Assembly: GCF_006345805.1 (NCBI RefSeq)
Contig: NC_042997.1
Span: forward strand, 92,690,001 to 92,754,000
Length of the DNA: 64,000 bases
Source: Octopus sinensis
Lineage: Eukaryota
Direction: 5' to 3'
A program made the position numbers and the translations under genes. Positions 39,860 to 51,711 of the stretch are shown here, piece after piece (positions within the stretch are counted from its first letter, which is position 1; every line of letters begins with the position of its first letter). The notes beneath the pieces are model-generated. The model was given only the letters and a program-made list of their open reading frames with translations, searched no databases and was not told the origin of the DNA.

Positions 39860-41115
39860 ATAACAAATTTATCATTGGCAAATGTTGGAATCCGTGGAAA
39901 AGTTCTACACTGGATAAAGTATTTCCTGGCGAATAGAACACAACATGTTGTAGTTGATGGAGTCCACTCAAGCCCAGCAAAAGTCACCAGCGGTGTTCCC
40001 CAGTGGACTGTTTTGGGTCCGCTACTCTTCATAATTTACGTAAACGACCTTTCCAGTGTCGTACATTACTGCAAAGTGAAAATATTTGCTGATGACACTA
40101 AGCTCCAGCAAATCGTCAATGAAGAAGCAGACCGAACTCAACTCCAGTCTGATCTATATGCTGTGAGTTAATGGGCAGACAGAAACAAAATGCAACTGAA
40201 TGAGGGAAAATTTGAGCTGATGCATTTTGGAAGAAATTCCTCACTAAAACAACCATACTCTCTTCCTTCAGGGGAACCGCTCACAGCCTCTAACAATATC
40301 AGAGACTTGGGTGTAATTGTTGATGACGATTTCAGTTGGAGTGCACACATCAACAAGAAGGTCGATATAGCTCGTAGGATGAGTTCCTGGATCTTAAGAA
40401 CTTTCCGGTCCAGAGAACAAGGTGTCATCATACCACTTTTCTCCTCCTTTGTACGGCCACACCTTGAATACTGCTGCCCACTGTGGTCTCCCCATACAAG
40501 ACAAAACATCTCCAGAATTGAGTCACCCCAGAGGGCACTCACTAAACGAATTGAAGACATGGCTGCTCTCGATTATTGAGATCGCCTTAAAGCCTTGAAA
40601 CTTTACTTCCTCCAGCATCGCCGTGAGCGGTACATCATTTGTACGATGTGGAGAATATACCGCCAACTTTGCCCAAACGACCTTAACATTAGCTTCAAGG
40701 TTCATCCAAGACTGGGACCACGGACCATACGTCCCCTGCCCAATTCAAGATCGCAACATACATGTACACTGCAACATAATTTCTTTTCCTCAACAGGCCC
40801 TGCCCTATTTAACATTGTCCCGAGGGAGATCAAAGAGGAAAAGGATCCCATCAACTTTAAACGGAGTCTGGATAGATTCCTTCAAAGAATACCAGATAAG
40901 CCACCCATAATTGGATACAACTCACCCAACAAGATCTCACTACTTGAACAAAACTTGATACAACTCACCCAACAAGAACTCACTACTTGAACAAAACTTG
41001 ACTTGAACAAAACTTGACTTAAACAGGATTCGAATAATCCTATCAGGTGGTGCTATTAAGTTAGACATGGCCTGGACCAATCTATGGTCGAAACATATCT
41101 AAGTTATCTAAGTTA
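39860..41115 (+). mobile_element. 5'-truncated CR1-clade LINE with intact 3' end
   Basis: SGVPQWTVLGPLLFIIYVNDL..IFADDTKL; RDLGV; VRPHLEYCCPLWSP. One frame with two in-frame stops. (TCTAAGT)-type tail. Confidence 0.93.
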
Positions 41116-41139
41116 TTATTACATTTTTTGCGTCTTTGG

Positions 41140-41520
41140 TCAGTCAGTGTTATTTCCTATTTGCTTCTATCTAGAAATTAAAGGAAATGACTACTACTCT
41201 CTTCAAACTTAGCCTTTGTGACCTGGATATCAATGTTTTCAAACTGACCTATTTTCCATTACATTTAAGACTGATTCAGTGCTGAGTTGCTGAAGTAGAA
41301 ATATCGTTATAACAGATACTCTGCTCACTACCACAGATTTGCTCGTCAGTTGATTGAGCTTAGCCACTTGAGCATGTCCGTTAGTGACTGACAATATGTA
41401 CACCTATGACGATGAGCAGAAGTAGTGGGAAAGCATCATGGTCATGTGTTGAGGACGATTCCTTGGAGTTTGAATGAATGTAACGAAAGCAAAGTTTGAA
41501 GGAAATATTAGCCATTTTTC
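41140..41520 (-). repeat. Interspersed repeat family D
   Basis: Inverted homolog of 30680-31050. Confidence 0.7.
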
Positions 41521-41818
41521 ATACTTTCTAGGAGTAAGCATATAGGAAATAACAATTGCTACTCGAATACAAAAATCGTGTTATAGAGTGTTGTTACTGG
41601 CAGAGTCAAATGGCTCTTATCAAAATAAGAATTGGCGCATATTGTTGTTTCGAGTGAATCCACTGGAACAATTCTACTGTTTTCTGTCGGTTCTTTCTAT
41701 AACTCATTAATGGTGCAGGATTATTGCATTGCTCACATGCAACTGCTTTTGCTATCATGCGTCTACATGCAAGCCACTGAATTACCTTCTTAGTAGCATT
41801 CTTTGCTGCGTTAAAATG

Positions 41819-42444
41819 GGATCTTTACCTTTTGACAATCAGATTTAAAAAATAATTTTTTGTAACTAAACACTTTCAAACTTCGGGCACTGGTAGAATG
41901 TGTCATATAAAACGTCTTTTACTCTTAGCGTTTTTGAGAAAAGCTTATACTTAGAAAGTTATTTCACGTTAAAGTTGTAGTATTTCGGTGATTTCAACCA
42001 ATCAATGACGTGTATTCAGCTGAATAAAATTACTGCTGTTATTTGTCATCAAGAACTTCCGGTTGTGTATACTTCACTTGTCAATGTTATTTATGACAAC
42101 CCTGACCCTAAAACCCTAACCCTAAAACCTTAAAGCTCAAACCGGTACAAACGCACGAACGATGTCATAAATAACAGTGACAAGCGAAAAATACACTGCC
42201 GATAGTTGTTGTTAACAAACAATGGCAGTAATTTTATTCAGCTGAATACACGTCATTGATTGGTTGAAATTACCGAAATAGGCCAACTTTAACGTGAAAT
42301 AACTTCCTAAATATAAGCTTTTCTCAAAAACGTTATGAGTAAAAGATGTTTTATATGACATTCTACCAGTGCCCGAAGTTTGAAAGTGTTTACTTACAAA
42401 AAAAAAATTATTTTAAAAATCTGTCGATCAAAAAGTAAAGATCC
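41819..42444. mobile_element. Foldback MITE with ~270-bp TIRs and perfect 8-bp TSD (Merlin- or MULE-like by its GG ends; superfamily uncertain)
   Basis: Ends GGATCTTTAC..GTAAAGATCC. TTAAAATG at 41811-41818 and 42445-42452. CCCTAA hexamers in the spacer. Confidence 0.9.
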
Positions 42445-42513
42445 TTAAAATGTTGTACTTCAGCTACTATTTCTGAAACATTTAACAGATCTTTAGAATG
42501 TACAATACAAGCA

Positions 42514-42725
42514 AGTCGGCAAGCTGGCAGAATCGTCAGCATGCTGGGAAAAATGCTTAGTAGCATTTCGTCCGTCCTTCCATTCTTAGATCAGATTCCG
42601 CCGAAGTCGACTTTGCCTCTCATCTCTTTGTGGTCGATTAAATAAATACCAATTGAACACCGGGGTCGATGTAATCGACTTACATCTCCCTCAAAATTGA
42701 TGGCCCTAAACCTAAATTCGATATC
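42514..42725 (+). mobile_element. SINE family A
   Basis: GGCAAGCTGGCAGAATCGTCAGC..CCGAAGTCGACTTTGCC. Confidence 0.8.
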
Positions 42726-42999
42726 AATGTGCTATACACGTAGGTACCCGTGAACGTAGTGTAACGACGGAATGAATTCTTTATGTTCTGTTTATAAAAT
42801 TTTGGTGTGTCACTGTCGTTACTTTCAGCTTGTAACGCAATTGACTTCTATTTTTTAGGACAATTTACTTTCACTTTCTACGATGGTTAACTGAATGTTA
42901 ACCCTCCCAATTGGATTGTCTAGAAATCATTGTATTTAAAAGAGAGATTGTTTTCAGTGTTGCAAATGCACGTATGCAAACTTGCACATTGTCATATGT

Positions 43000-43095
43000 G
43001 TGTGTGTGTACACACATATTAATATGTATATATGTACATACATACCTACATATATATATAATATTATATTATATATATATATATATATATAATAT

Positions 43096-43173
<78 letters not shown>

Positions 43174-43296
43174 TGTATGTATATAGTTAATCCAAACATG
43201 AAAACACAAAGAGAAAACACAACATAGGAGAAGGAAAGATCCAGAGAAGGGAAGACAGAGGAAAAAAAATCGCCAACAGTACACACGAGGTCACAT

Positions 43297-43370
<74 letters not shown>

Positions 43371-43453
43371 CTTGTATATATCACTTGAATTTCATTTCTT
43401 CACTTCTTATGAACCTTATATTTTATTCACTTCACATGTGTGCGCACGCACGC

Positions 43454-43489
<36 letters not shown>

Positions 43490-43678
43490 CACACACACAC
43501 ACACACACTCACACACACACTGTAACCAACTCGAAATATCACTACAAACATGCTCAACAAAATGCTCCAAATAAATAAGGTCACAGAAAATTACTCTCAC
43601 CATCTTAACAGAAATTACTTTTCCTTTCTTTTCCCATCTGTCATTGCTTCTTTTTGTTGTTTTTTTGTTTTATTTATT

Positions 43679-43714
<36 letters not shown>

Positions 43715-43727
43715 GTGTGTGTGTGTG

Positions 43728-43792
<65 letters not shown>

Positions 43793-43872
43793 GTGTTTTG
43801 TTCTAACATTTCGGACTGAGATTTATAAACTGAAATATTACTAAGTAATATGCTTGTATGTATGTATGTATG

Positions 43873-43904
<32 letters not shown>

Positions 43905-43990
43905 AATGATCGTTGTTGTTGCTGCTCTTGTAATAGTAGTGGTAGTGGTAGTAGTAGTTGTTGTTGTTGCTGTTGCTGCTGCTTATCTTC
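43000..43990. repeat. Cluster of (TA)n, (TATG)n, (CA)n, (TG)n and (GTA/GTT)n microsatellites
   Basis: Direct reading. Confidence 0.9.
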
Positions 43991-44059
43991 TCTATCTCTA
44001 AGTTAATCGGTCAGGCAGATTTATGATCAAAGGCGTTCCGGTCATGACTATCCTATCTT

Positions 44060-44312
44060 TTACAATCATTGCAGTCGCCCAGGCGTACCAGCCTCCCCTC
44101 TCCACCCCACCAGTGTTATCCAAGGGAAAGACAAAGGCCGATACAGCTTGGCACCAGTGACGTCGCAACTCATTTCTACAGCTGAGTGAACTGGGGCAAT
44201 GTGAAATAAAATGTCTTGCTCAAGAACACAGCACGCAGCCCGGTCCGGGGTTCGAACTCACAACCTGACGGTCGTAAGTTCACCGCTCTAACCACTTAGC
44301 CATGCGCCTTCA
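44060..44312 (-). mobile_element. tRNA-derived SINE (family E) with RTE-like 3' part
   Basis: Head GGCGCATGGCTAAGTGGTTAGAGC..GAGTTCGAACCCC, then CTTGAGCAAGACATTTTATTTC. Confidence 0.85.
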
Positions 44313-44702
44313 CACACGGACACTACTCACCGTTAAATGCAACAATCGATATAGTCACTGTGCATGTATTTTTTGTGGGGTCCTAGGGGCGACAAACTGA
44401 AGGGCCGCCCCGGGTGGCACACACTCTAGCTACATCACTGGGATGCACCATTGAATAATGAGGCAGTACCGCCCAGTGCACTCCCTTAGCGACGAGCATG
44501 ACTTCCAGAAATAGCATGACTCCCATAAGTCAAATTACATAGACGCATCGAACAAGTCTTGTACTAGTGTATCCAAATGACTGAAACGACTACAACGGCC
44601 TTAATGTTAATTAGAAAGCGTAGGGTATATTTGGTGTAGAACGTGTCTCTTACTACCCGGCTGGGTTGGCTGCTCGTGTTGGTTGGCTATATATCACAAG
44701 GT

Positions 44703-45300
44703 AAGGCGGCGAGCTGGCTGAATCGTTAGTGCGCCGGGCGAAATGCTTTGTGGTATTTCGTCCGCCGCTGCGTTCTGAGTTCAAATTCCGCCGAGGTAGA
44801 CTTTGCCTTTCATCCTTTCGGGGTCGATAAATTAAGTACCAGTGACGTACTGGGATCGATGTAATCGACTTAATCCGTTTGTCTGTACTTGTTTGTCCCC
44901 TCTAGGTTTAGCCCCTCGTGGGCAATAAAGAAATAGGTATTTCGTCTGCCGCTACGTCCTTAGTTCAAATTCTGCCGAGGTCGACTTTGCCTTTCATCCT
45001 TTCGGGGTCGATTAAATAATTACTAGTTACGCACTGGGGTCGATATAATCGACTTAATCCGTTTGTCTGTCCTTCTTTGTCCTCTCTGTGTTTAGCCCCT
45101 TGAGGGTAGTAAAGAAATTGGTATTTCGTCGGCCGTTACATTCTGAGTTCAAATTCCGCCGAGGTCGACTTTGCCTGTCATCCTTTCGGGGTCGATAAAT
45201 TAAGTACTAGTTACGCACTGGGGTTAGTATAATCGACTTAATCCCTTTGTCTGTCCTCGTTTGTCCCTTCAATGTTTAGCCCCTTGTGGGCAATAAGGAA
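44703..45300 (+). mobile_element. SINE family A, head plus three tandem units
   Basis: GGTATTTCGTC restarts at about 44752, 44936 and 45120. Confidence 0.9.
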
Positions 45301-45608
45301 ATATATATGTCACAAGGTCATGGCAGATGAGGAGATATTTCGCGGAGATGGAAACTAATTGGGACTCTGCTTTACGAATCGCCCGGTAGGATCCGAAAAT
45401 ATACCGACGCATTATCTTTTACTTGTTACTGCGGCTATGCTGGGGCAACGTCTTGAAGGATTTTAGTCGAACGAATCGACCACAGTACTTGCTTTTTTAA
45501 AGCCTGGTATTTATTCTATTGGTACCTTTTTGCCGAACCGCTAGATTATACACTAACATCGGCTGTCAAGCGATGGTGGGAAGGGGGACACAAACACACG
45601 CACACATA

Positions 45609-45815
45609 TACATGGTGTCCAAAAAGTCATTAGACAAATAAAAAACTTTATTAAAATTACAACGGAAACTAGGTAACATAACCTTAATAAAACTATTAAC
45701 ATTAAAAAAAACTTTAATAATAACATCAATATTCAACAAAAATTTAGTTGTCACCTCTAAGATTTTTCCAATAGCTTTTTGAAATAGTCTAAAGACTTTA
45801 TGGATACCATGTGTA
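45609..45815. mobile_element. Tc1/mariner-type MITE
   Basis: CATGGTGTCCAAAAAGTC / GACTTTATGGATACCATG with TA-type flanks. Confidence 0.65.
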
Positions 45816-47454
45816 TATATATTCGACAGGTTTCTAGTTTCCGTACCAAATCCTCTCTAAGCACTACAACGGTGCATGCTCCCACCTGACCTGAGAACAT
45901 TGTCAGAAACGGTAGTTCACTGACCGCATAGACTTCAGCGAAGATTTAAAATAGAATCACAAACTCAGCGCTTGACAGTTATGAATAGAATTACTCATAT
46001 ATTTCCATTATAGATTTAACTTTAAACCGGTTTCTTTACTAAATGAAATATTAGGAAGTTTCTACGTCGGGAGAACCATTTTAGTGTCAGGTTGTATTGG
46101 TAGTGCATAAAAACTTGTCGAGAAACATCTGTGCTGGGAAAAATGGTGACTCATTTATTTGACTAATTCATAAGTATGACAGCTATGCAACTTGTATTAA
46201 ATTACTTTTGGACCATATAGATTAAAACATGGTTTTTTTTGTATGTTTTTAAAGACTCTATCGATGTTTAGTGTCAAATATGAAACGTAGCAAGGTTTCA
46301 CTATCTGGTAAAAGGTTTCCATAGCAAGATTTACATGGAGGCTCAACTAGCCCAAAATAGCACGGAAATCTCTCAAACCGCTTCTTAAACGGTATTGAAA
46401 AGAAAGAGCATATTGACCTATATTGTTGTGAGTATATTATGCCTGAAAAAAAAAATAAATAACGATCATGGCATAAGTACCTTTCGCAACTGCGTACTAA
46501 CAGTGATAGCTCTTAGTACCCAAGGGCAAAATACTTTTGGTGTCACCACCTTAATTAACTGAAATGAAAGAATATTTGCACTACCAGCCTGAGGGTGATC
46601 GTACCTAGTGATGCTGAGGCTACCAGCCTGAGGGTGATCGTACCTAGTGATGCTGAGGCAACCCCTGATTTTTTTTTCGCTCTCCCTCCTGGGTCCCTAA
46701 GCCTATATAGCTTATACAAGCTTATACAACATACCTGAAAGTACCGCCCTTATGAAAGCGTCGTCCGAGGCGCTCTCCACCCATCACATCGCTACGTTAT
46801 TGATGCCCCACACCCAGTACTCTTCAGCTTTGAAAAGGGCCTGCTCTAAACAATAAATAATTCTACACCTGGTGACAGTGTAGTTAAGAAATCTTGTGTT
46901 GTGTAAGTGTGGAAATTTGTGTGTGTGTGTGTGTGTATGTGTGTGTGTGTGCGTGCGCGCGTTTATGTATGTGTGTATGTGTGCGTGCACATTTATGCGT
47001 GCTTATATTTATAATGGAACTGAAGGTTTATGATACCTGTGGAGTATCTCCTCCCATAAAAATTGCTTTGTAGTTTCAAGGAGCTGGGACGGGTCGCCGA
47101 TTTGTGACGCCCGTGCGAAGCGAGATGATGAGAATGGCTCCTTAGTACATCACACGGTCGATACAATAAATATAAATTGAACAATGCATATATGTGCCAG
47201 AGGGAAATAAGAAACACAACCGAGTAGAATGTTTAAGAGAAAATTTATTGATATGTTAACATGTGTGATTGAGTGTGCGTCATATATACAGAATGATAGA
47301 TAGACCGTCATAAGAATAAGATGTATGCGTGTGTATGTAGGCATAGTTGTATGCACGTTAAGAACATATAAGGATGGCGATGAAGAAGAGACAGTGAAAG
47401 AGTCTATAGCCATCAAAGTGAGGAGTAAGTTCATAGACACAAGAATGATAAGTA

Positions 47455-47690
47455 CCTATTTCTTTATTATCCACAAGGGTCTAAACACAGAGAGGACAAA
47501 CAAGGACAGACATAGGTATTAAGTCGATTACATCGACCCCAGTGCGTAACTGGTACTTAATTTATCGACCCCGAAAGGATGAAAGGCAAAGTCGACCTCG
47601 GCGGAATTTGAACTCACAACGTAACGCAGACGAAATACCGCTAAGCATTTCACCCGGCGTGCTAACGTTTCTGCCAGCTCGTCGCCTTAA
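47455..47690 (-). mobile_element. SINE family A monomer
   Basis: Reverse complement of the family consensus. Confidence 0.9.
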
Positions 47691-48102
47691 GAATGATAAA
47701 TACCAGTTCGTAGTCAATGTACACGATAGCTGAAATACTGTATCAAGAAGTTGTGGCGAAGATGCAGAGCCGGTTGCGGTACGTGTCGTACGTGAAGTTG
47801 TCGCTGTGATGCTGCTGCCAGGGTCACTTGGTACAGGAGTTCTCGCAGGTTGAATATTTGCTGTTGAAGTAATTCACGAACAGTGCACTGTTGTAACTAG
47901 CGCGATTACGTAGAGAGATATTGACGTTAGGACGAAAGGTGGCGACGGGGATGGAGGTCGCCGAATGCCGTTGGACAAAGTTGGTGAGTCTCCACATGGC
48001 TGCTGTTGTGTTGGCGCTGGGACCGGCGGTGTCTTATGTGGTCAGTGGCCAGGCCTTAAAAGGTCTGGAACCGAAAGACATCGAGACGCGGGGAAGCTAG
48101 AG

Positions 48103-48240
48103 TTTTTATAAGGAGTCGTAAGCTCAAAGCTGAGTAGAAAACAGGCTGTCACACGTGACCTTATCTGAAGGCTGCGATTGGTTGGGTTGCGTATTGGTGC
48201 GAATAGAGCAAGAGACAAATTGCGCCAATACCAACCAATC
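48103..48240 (-). promoter_or_regulatory. Pol II promoter-like cluster (four CCAAT boxes, E-box, TATAAAAA)
   Basis: ATTGG at 48177 and 48193, CCAAT at 48225 and 48235, CACGTG at 48152-48157, and minus-strand TATAAAAA at 48110-48103. Confidence 0.5.
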
Positions 48241-49281
48241 AGAGTAGAGGACACAACAGGGTTAAAAAATGCGGCAAAAGGCTAGCTGTTATCTACTACA
48301 TTCGTATGTGTGTATATATAATAGAGAGGAGAGGAATTTCACTCAAGTGTACGCTACATGTTTCTATACATGTACAGAGAGAGAAAGAAATGAAGAGGGA
48401 AAGAGAAAGAGAGTGAGAGATGATTTACAAACTCCTTTCTGGTTGCTATTCTTTCTTTTTATTTGATTATCCTATTGTTTCTTAAACTTCCTTCCCTAGC
48501 GATTTATTTTCACTGAGTGAATTTTCTCACGACCGTCTTTCACTATAATAAAATTCAATAGGTAATAAATATATATATATATAAGCTGAAACTAGAATCA
48601 ATCAATCAATCATATATATATATATATATATATATAGATAAATAGATATATGAAGCATAAAAATACTGATAAGAAAAGGGAAACTCACAAAGTACAAAAC
48701 AATGTAGATATAAGTGGGCGCAAAACTATTAATAACAAAAATATATATAAATATCTTCAGTGGAATGAGCGTGCTTATTTGTTTCGACGTAATACATCCA
48801 ACTTTGAAGTTTGTTACTACTGTAAAGGGCATTCAAAGCCTACAGCAAGCTAGGGAGAGTGACACTGACGGGCTAACAAGTGGACGATTACATAAGCGAG
48901 ATTAGAAGGTTGGATGTAAGCAGGGTTTACGGAGTAGAGATGGTGTGGATTGTGAAGTTAGCTTTTGTGACCAGATTCCCTGATTATATATCTCAGTGCA
49001 TTTGCAGAAGATGCCGGACATCGAAACGAAGTCTATAGGAGAACGAGTATTGACGCAAAACAACACCATGTTGGAGCCCTGCCTTGTTGGGTTTAGTCGA
49101 AGAAACCGATCCCAGTGTAGGGTAGAATTTATGACAGACGAACTGTAGACAGGAACTTCGTTGCGGGCTAACTAGGAAGTTGGTCAGCAGCGAAACGGAC
49201 TTCCAGTGGGAAAAGAACAAAAGAATGTCAGCAGTGAGTGTTAAACGAATCTGAATGAACTAAACAGAAATAGGTTAATGA

Positions 49282-49625
49282 GATCTTTACCTTTTGACCG
49301 ACAGATTTTAAAAATAATTTTTTGTAACCAAATACTTTCAAACTTCGGACACTGGTAGAATGTGCCATATAAAACATCTTTTACTCTTAGCATTTTGGGG
49401 AAAAACTTATATTTAGGAAGTTTATTTCACGTTAAAGTTGTAGTATTTCGGTAATTTCAACCAATCAATGACGTGTATTCAGCTGAAAAAAATTACTGCT
49501 GTTGTTTGTCAACAAGAACTTCCGGCGGTGTATATTTCGCTTGTCACTGTTATTTATGACAACCCTAACCCTAACACTAAAACCTTAAAGCTAAAATCAG
49601 TACAAACGCACGAACGATGTCATAG
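49282..49625 (+). mobile_element. Truncated copy of the 41819 foldback element (left arm and spacer)
   Basis: GATCTTTACCTTTTGACCGACAGATTTT..AACCCTAACCCTAA. Confidence 0.85.
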
Positions 49626-49674
49626 TACTCGCTCAGGATGATGTCAGCGGGACGTCAGATACTAGTATTTCGGA

Positions 49675-49908
49675 AGGCGGCAAGCTGGCAGAAACGTTAG
49701 CACGCCGGGCGAAATGCTTACCGGTATTTCGCCCGTCGCTACGTTCTGAGTTCAAATTCCACCGAGGTTGACTTTGCCTTTCATCCTTTCGGGGTCAATT
49801 AAATAAGTACCAGTTACGCACTTGATGCGCGTGTCTGTCCTTGTTTGTCCTCTCTGTGTTTAGCCCCTTGTGGGTAGTAAAGAAATAGGTATTTCGTCTG
49901 CTGCTACG
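49675..49908 (+). mobile_element. SINE family A, one unit plus the start of a second
   Basis: Head, one unit, then GGTATTTCGTCTGCTGCTACG is truncated. Confidence 0.88.
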
Positions 49909-50073
49909 AAATGAATGATATTACCATCATTATATTTATCTAATACTGTTTCAAGTGCATATATTCCATCTGTCCATCTTCGTCCGCTATTCCTAAGAGG
50001 AACTATACTGCAGAAACTGGTTTAGCGATAGTGTATATTACATTAAGAATGATGCATAGATGGCTACTTAGAT

Positions 50074-50262
50074 CAGTGCTTTTCAAACTTTTTGCTGGAG
50101 CGGAACCCCAAGGAAACATTCTACTGGCTCGAAGAACCCCTGTGCAATAATTTAATAGTCTTATGCACAGGAGAATTAAAAATTACTGCCGATTTTAACA
50201 GTTTTGTAACTTCTTGCGGAACCCCTGGACTGTACTGGCGGAACCCTGGTTGAAAACCACTG
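50074..50262. mobile_element. hAT (Charlie-like) MITE
   Basis: TIR CAGTG(C/G)TTTTCAA. Perfect 8-bp TSD ACTTAGAT at 50066-50073 and 50263-50270. Confidence 0.92.
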
Positions 50263-50719
50263 ACTTAGATAATGGTTAGAATACTCCAGATAGTTTTTAA
50301 AACTTGACTTCATTTATAGCAACTCTGCAAGGTGAATGCTTACATTTACAATGTTATGTTAAAATGTATTAGATCTGGTTAGCAATTAACTAATGTAGAA
50401 AACTAGTACATAACTGAAAGTAAGACTCATGGTACCAAGTGTGGCAGAACACAATAACTAGTATGCTACATTTCATTATGAAAAAAAATCGACGTCCATT
50501 ATATTAAACTCACAAAAAAATGTGTTAATAACAAGCTGTAGAAACGTCTTGTTCGTAAATGCTCGGTTACACAATCGACAATGATTTTGCAGTAATTGCT
50601 AACCTTTATAGCTCTTCACTGAAAATTGAACAAGTAGAGAACAAGGACAACTTGTTCTATTTTCATTCGGTTTTCGTTCCCTATGTGCATTTTATATTTT
50701 AACGATAAGTGTTTTCATT

Positions 50720-51045
50720 CTTTTTTTCTTTCTTTTACTTGTTTCATTCATTGGATTGCAGCTATGCTGGGGCTATGTCTTGAAAGATTTTAAGCTGGAC
50801 AAACCGACACCCCAGTACTGGTACTAACTCTATTGGTCTCTTTTACCAAACCGCTAAACAACGGGGAAATAAACAAATCAACACCAGTTGTCATGCGTTG
50901 GTGCGCGCGTGCACGCACACACGTATATATACACACATATATATATACACACAGACACACACACGACAGGTTTCCACTTAGTGGGACTGGACTCGAAACG
51001 ACGTGGTCGCAATACAAACTTCTTAACCACAGAGCCGTGCCTGCA
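50720..51045 (-). mobile_element. SINE family B, diverged
   Basis: TTTTACTTGTTTCA..GCTATGCTGG..GGGACTGGACTCGAAAC. Confidence 0.7.
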
Positions 51046-51267
51046 CTATTTTTTTTCTTTTGCTTGTATATTTTTACTTGTATATATATATATATACAAA
51101 TTGAGATAGGGGTTGTAAATGCAACCCCCCATGGGATAACATATATCCAATATACTGCTAGTGAAGTACCCAACAAAGTTAATACATAAATGTTAATGAT
51201 TGCGATGCAATCAATTCATTTACTGTACTATATGGGCAAAGGTAAAATGATTTACCACAAATTACTA

Positions 51268-51679
51268 ATACAAGATAAGAAAATGGAGAAATACATCTAA
51301 ATCAAATATCAATTACCAGATAATACTCAATCACATACTTTATTAAACCACCACATAAGAGACTGTAGGGTTAAATATAAAAAGCAGAACAAATCAGTGT
51401 ACATAAAAAAGTGTACATAAAAGAGTAATGTTGTATAATAAGTAGAATATATATATAAGAGAATATAAATATAAGTAAATATAAATATTATTCTACTTAT
51501 TATACAACATTACTCTTTTATGTACACTTTTTTATGTACATTCCTTTATGTACACTGATTTGTTCTGCTTTTTATATTTAACCCTACAGTCTCTTATGTG
51601 GTGGTTTAATAAAGTATGTGATTGAGTATTATCTAGTAATTGATATTTGATTTAGATGTATTTCTCCATTTTCTTATCT

Positions 51680-51684
<5 letters not shown>
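51268..51684. repeat. Near-perfect ~180-bp inverted repeat
   Basis: 51268-51449 versus the reverse complement of 51489-51684. Confidence 0.92.

Positions 51685-51711
<27 letters not shown>

Noticed and set aside
49010-49045. CAGAAGATG..CATCGAAACGAAGTC as a hammerhead
   Set aside because: U4 is replaced and stem I does not pair; at best a relic.
49150-49235. GLTRKLVSSETDFQWEKEQ as a Gypsy pol remnant
   Set aside because: About 25 residues with weak similarity and no flanking support.
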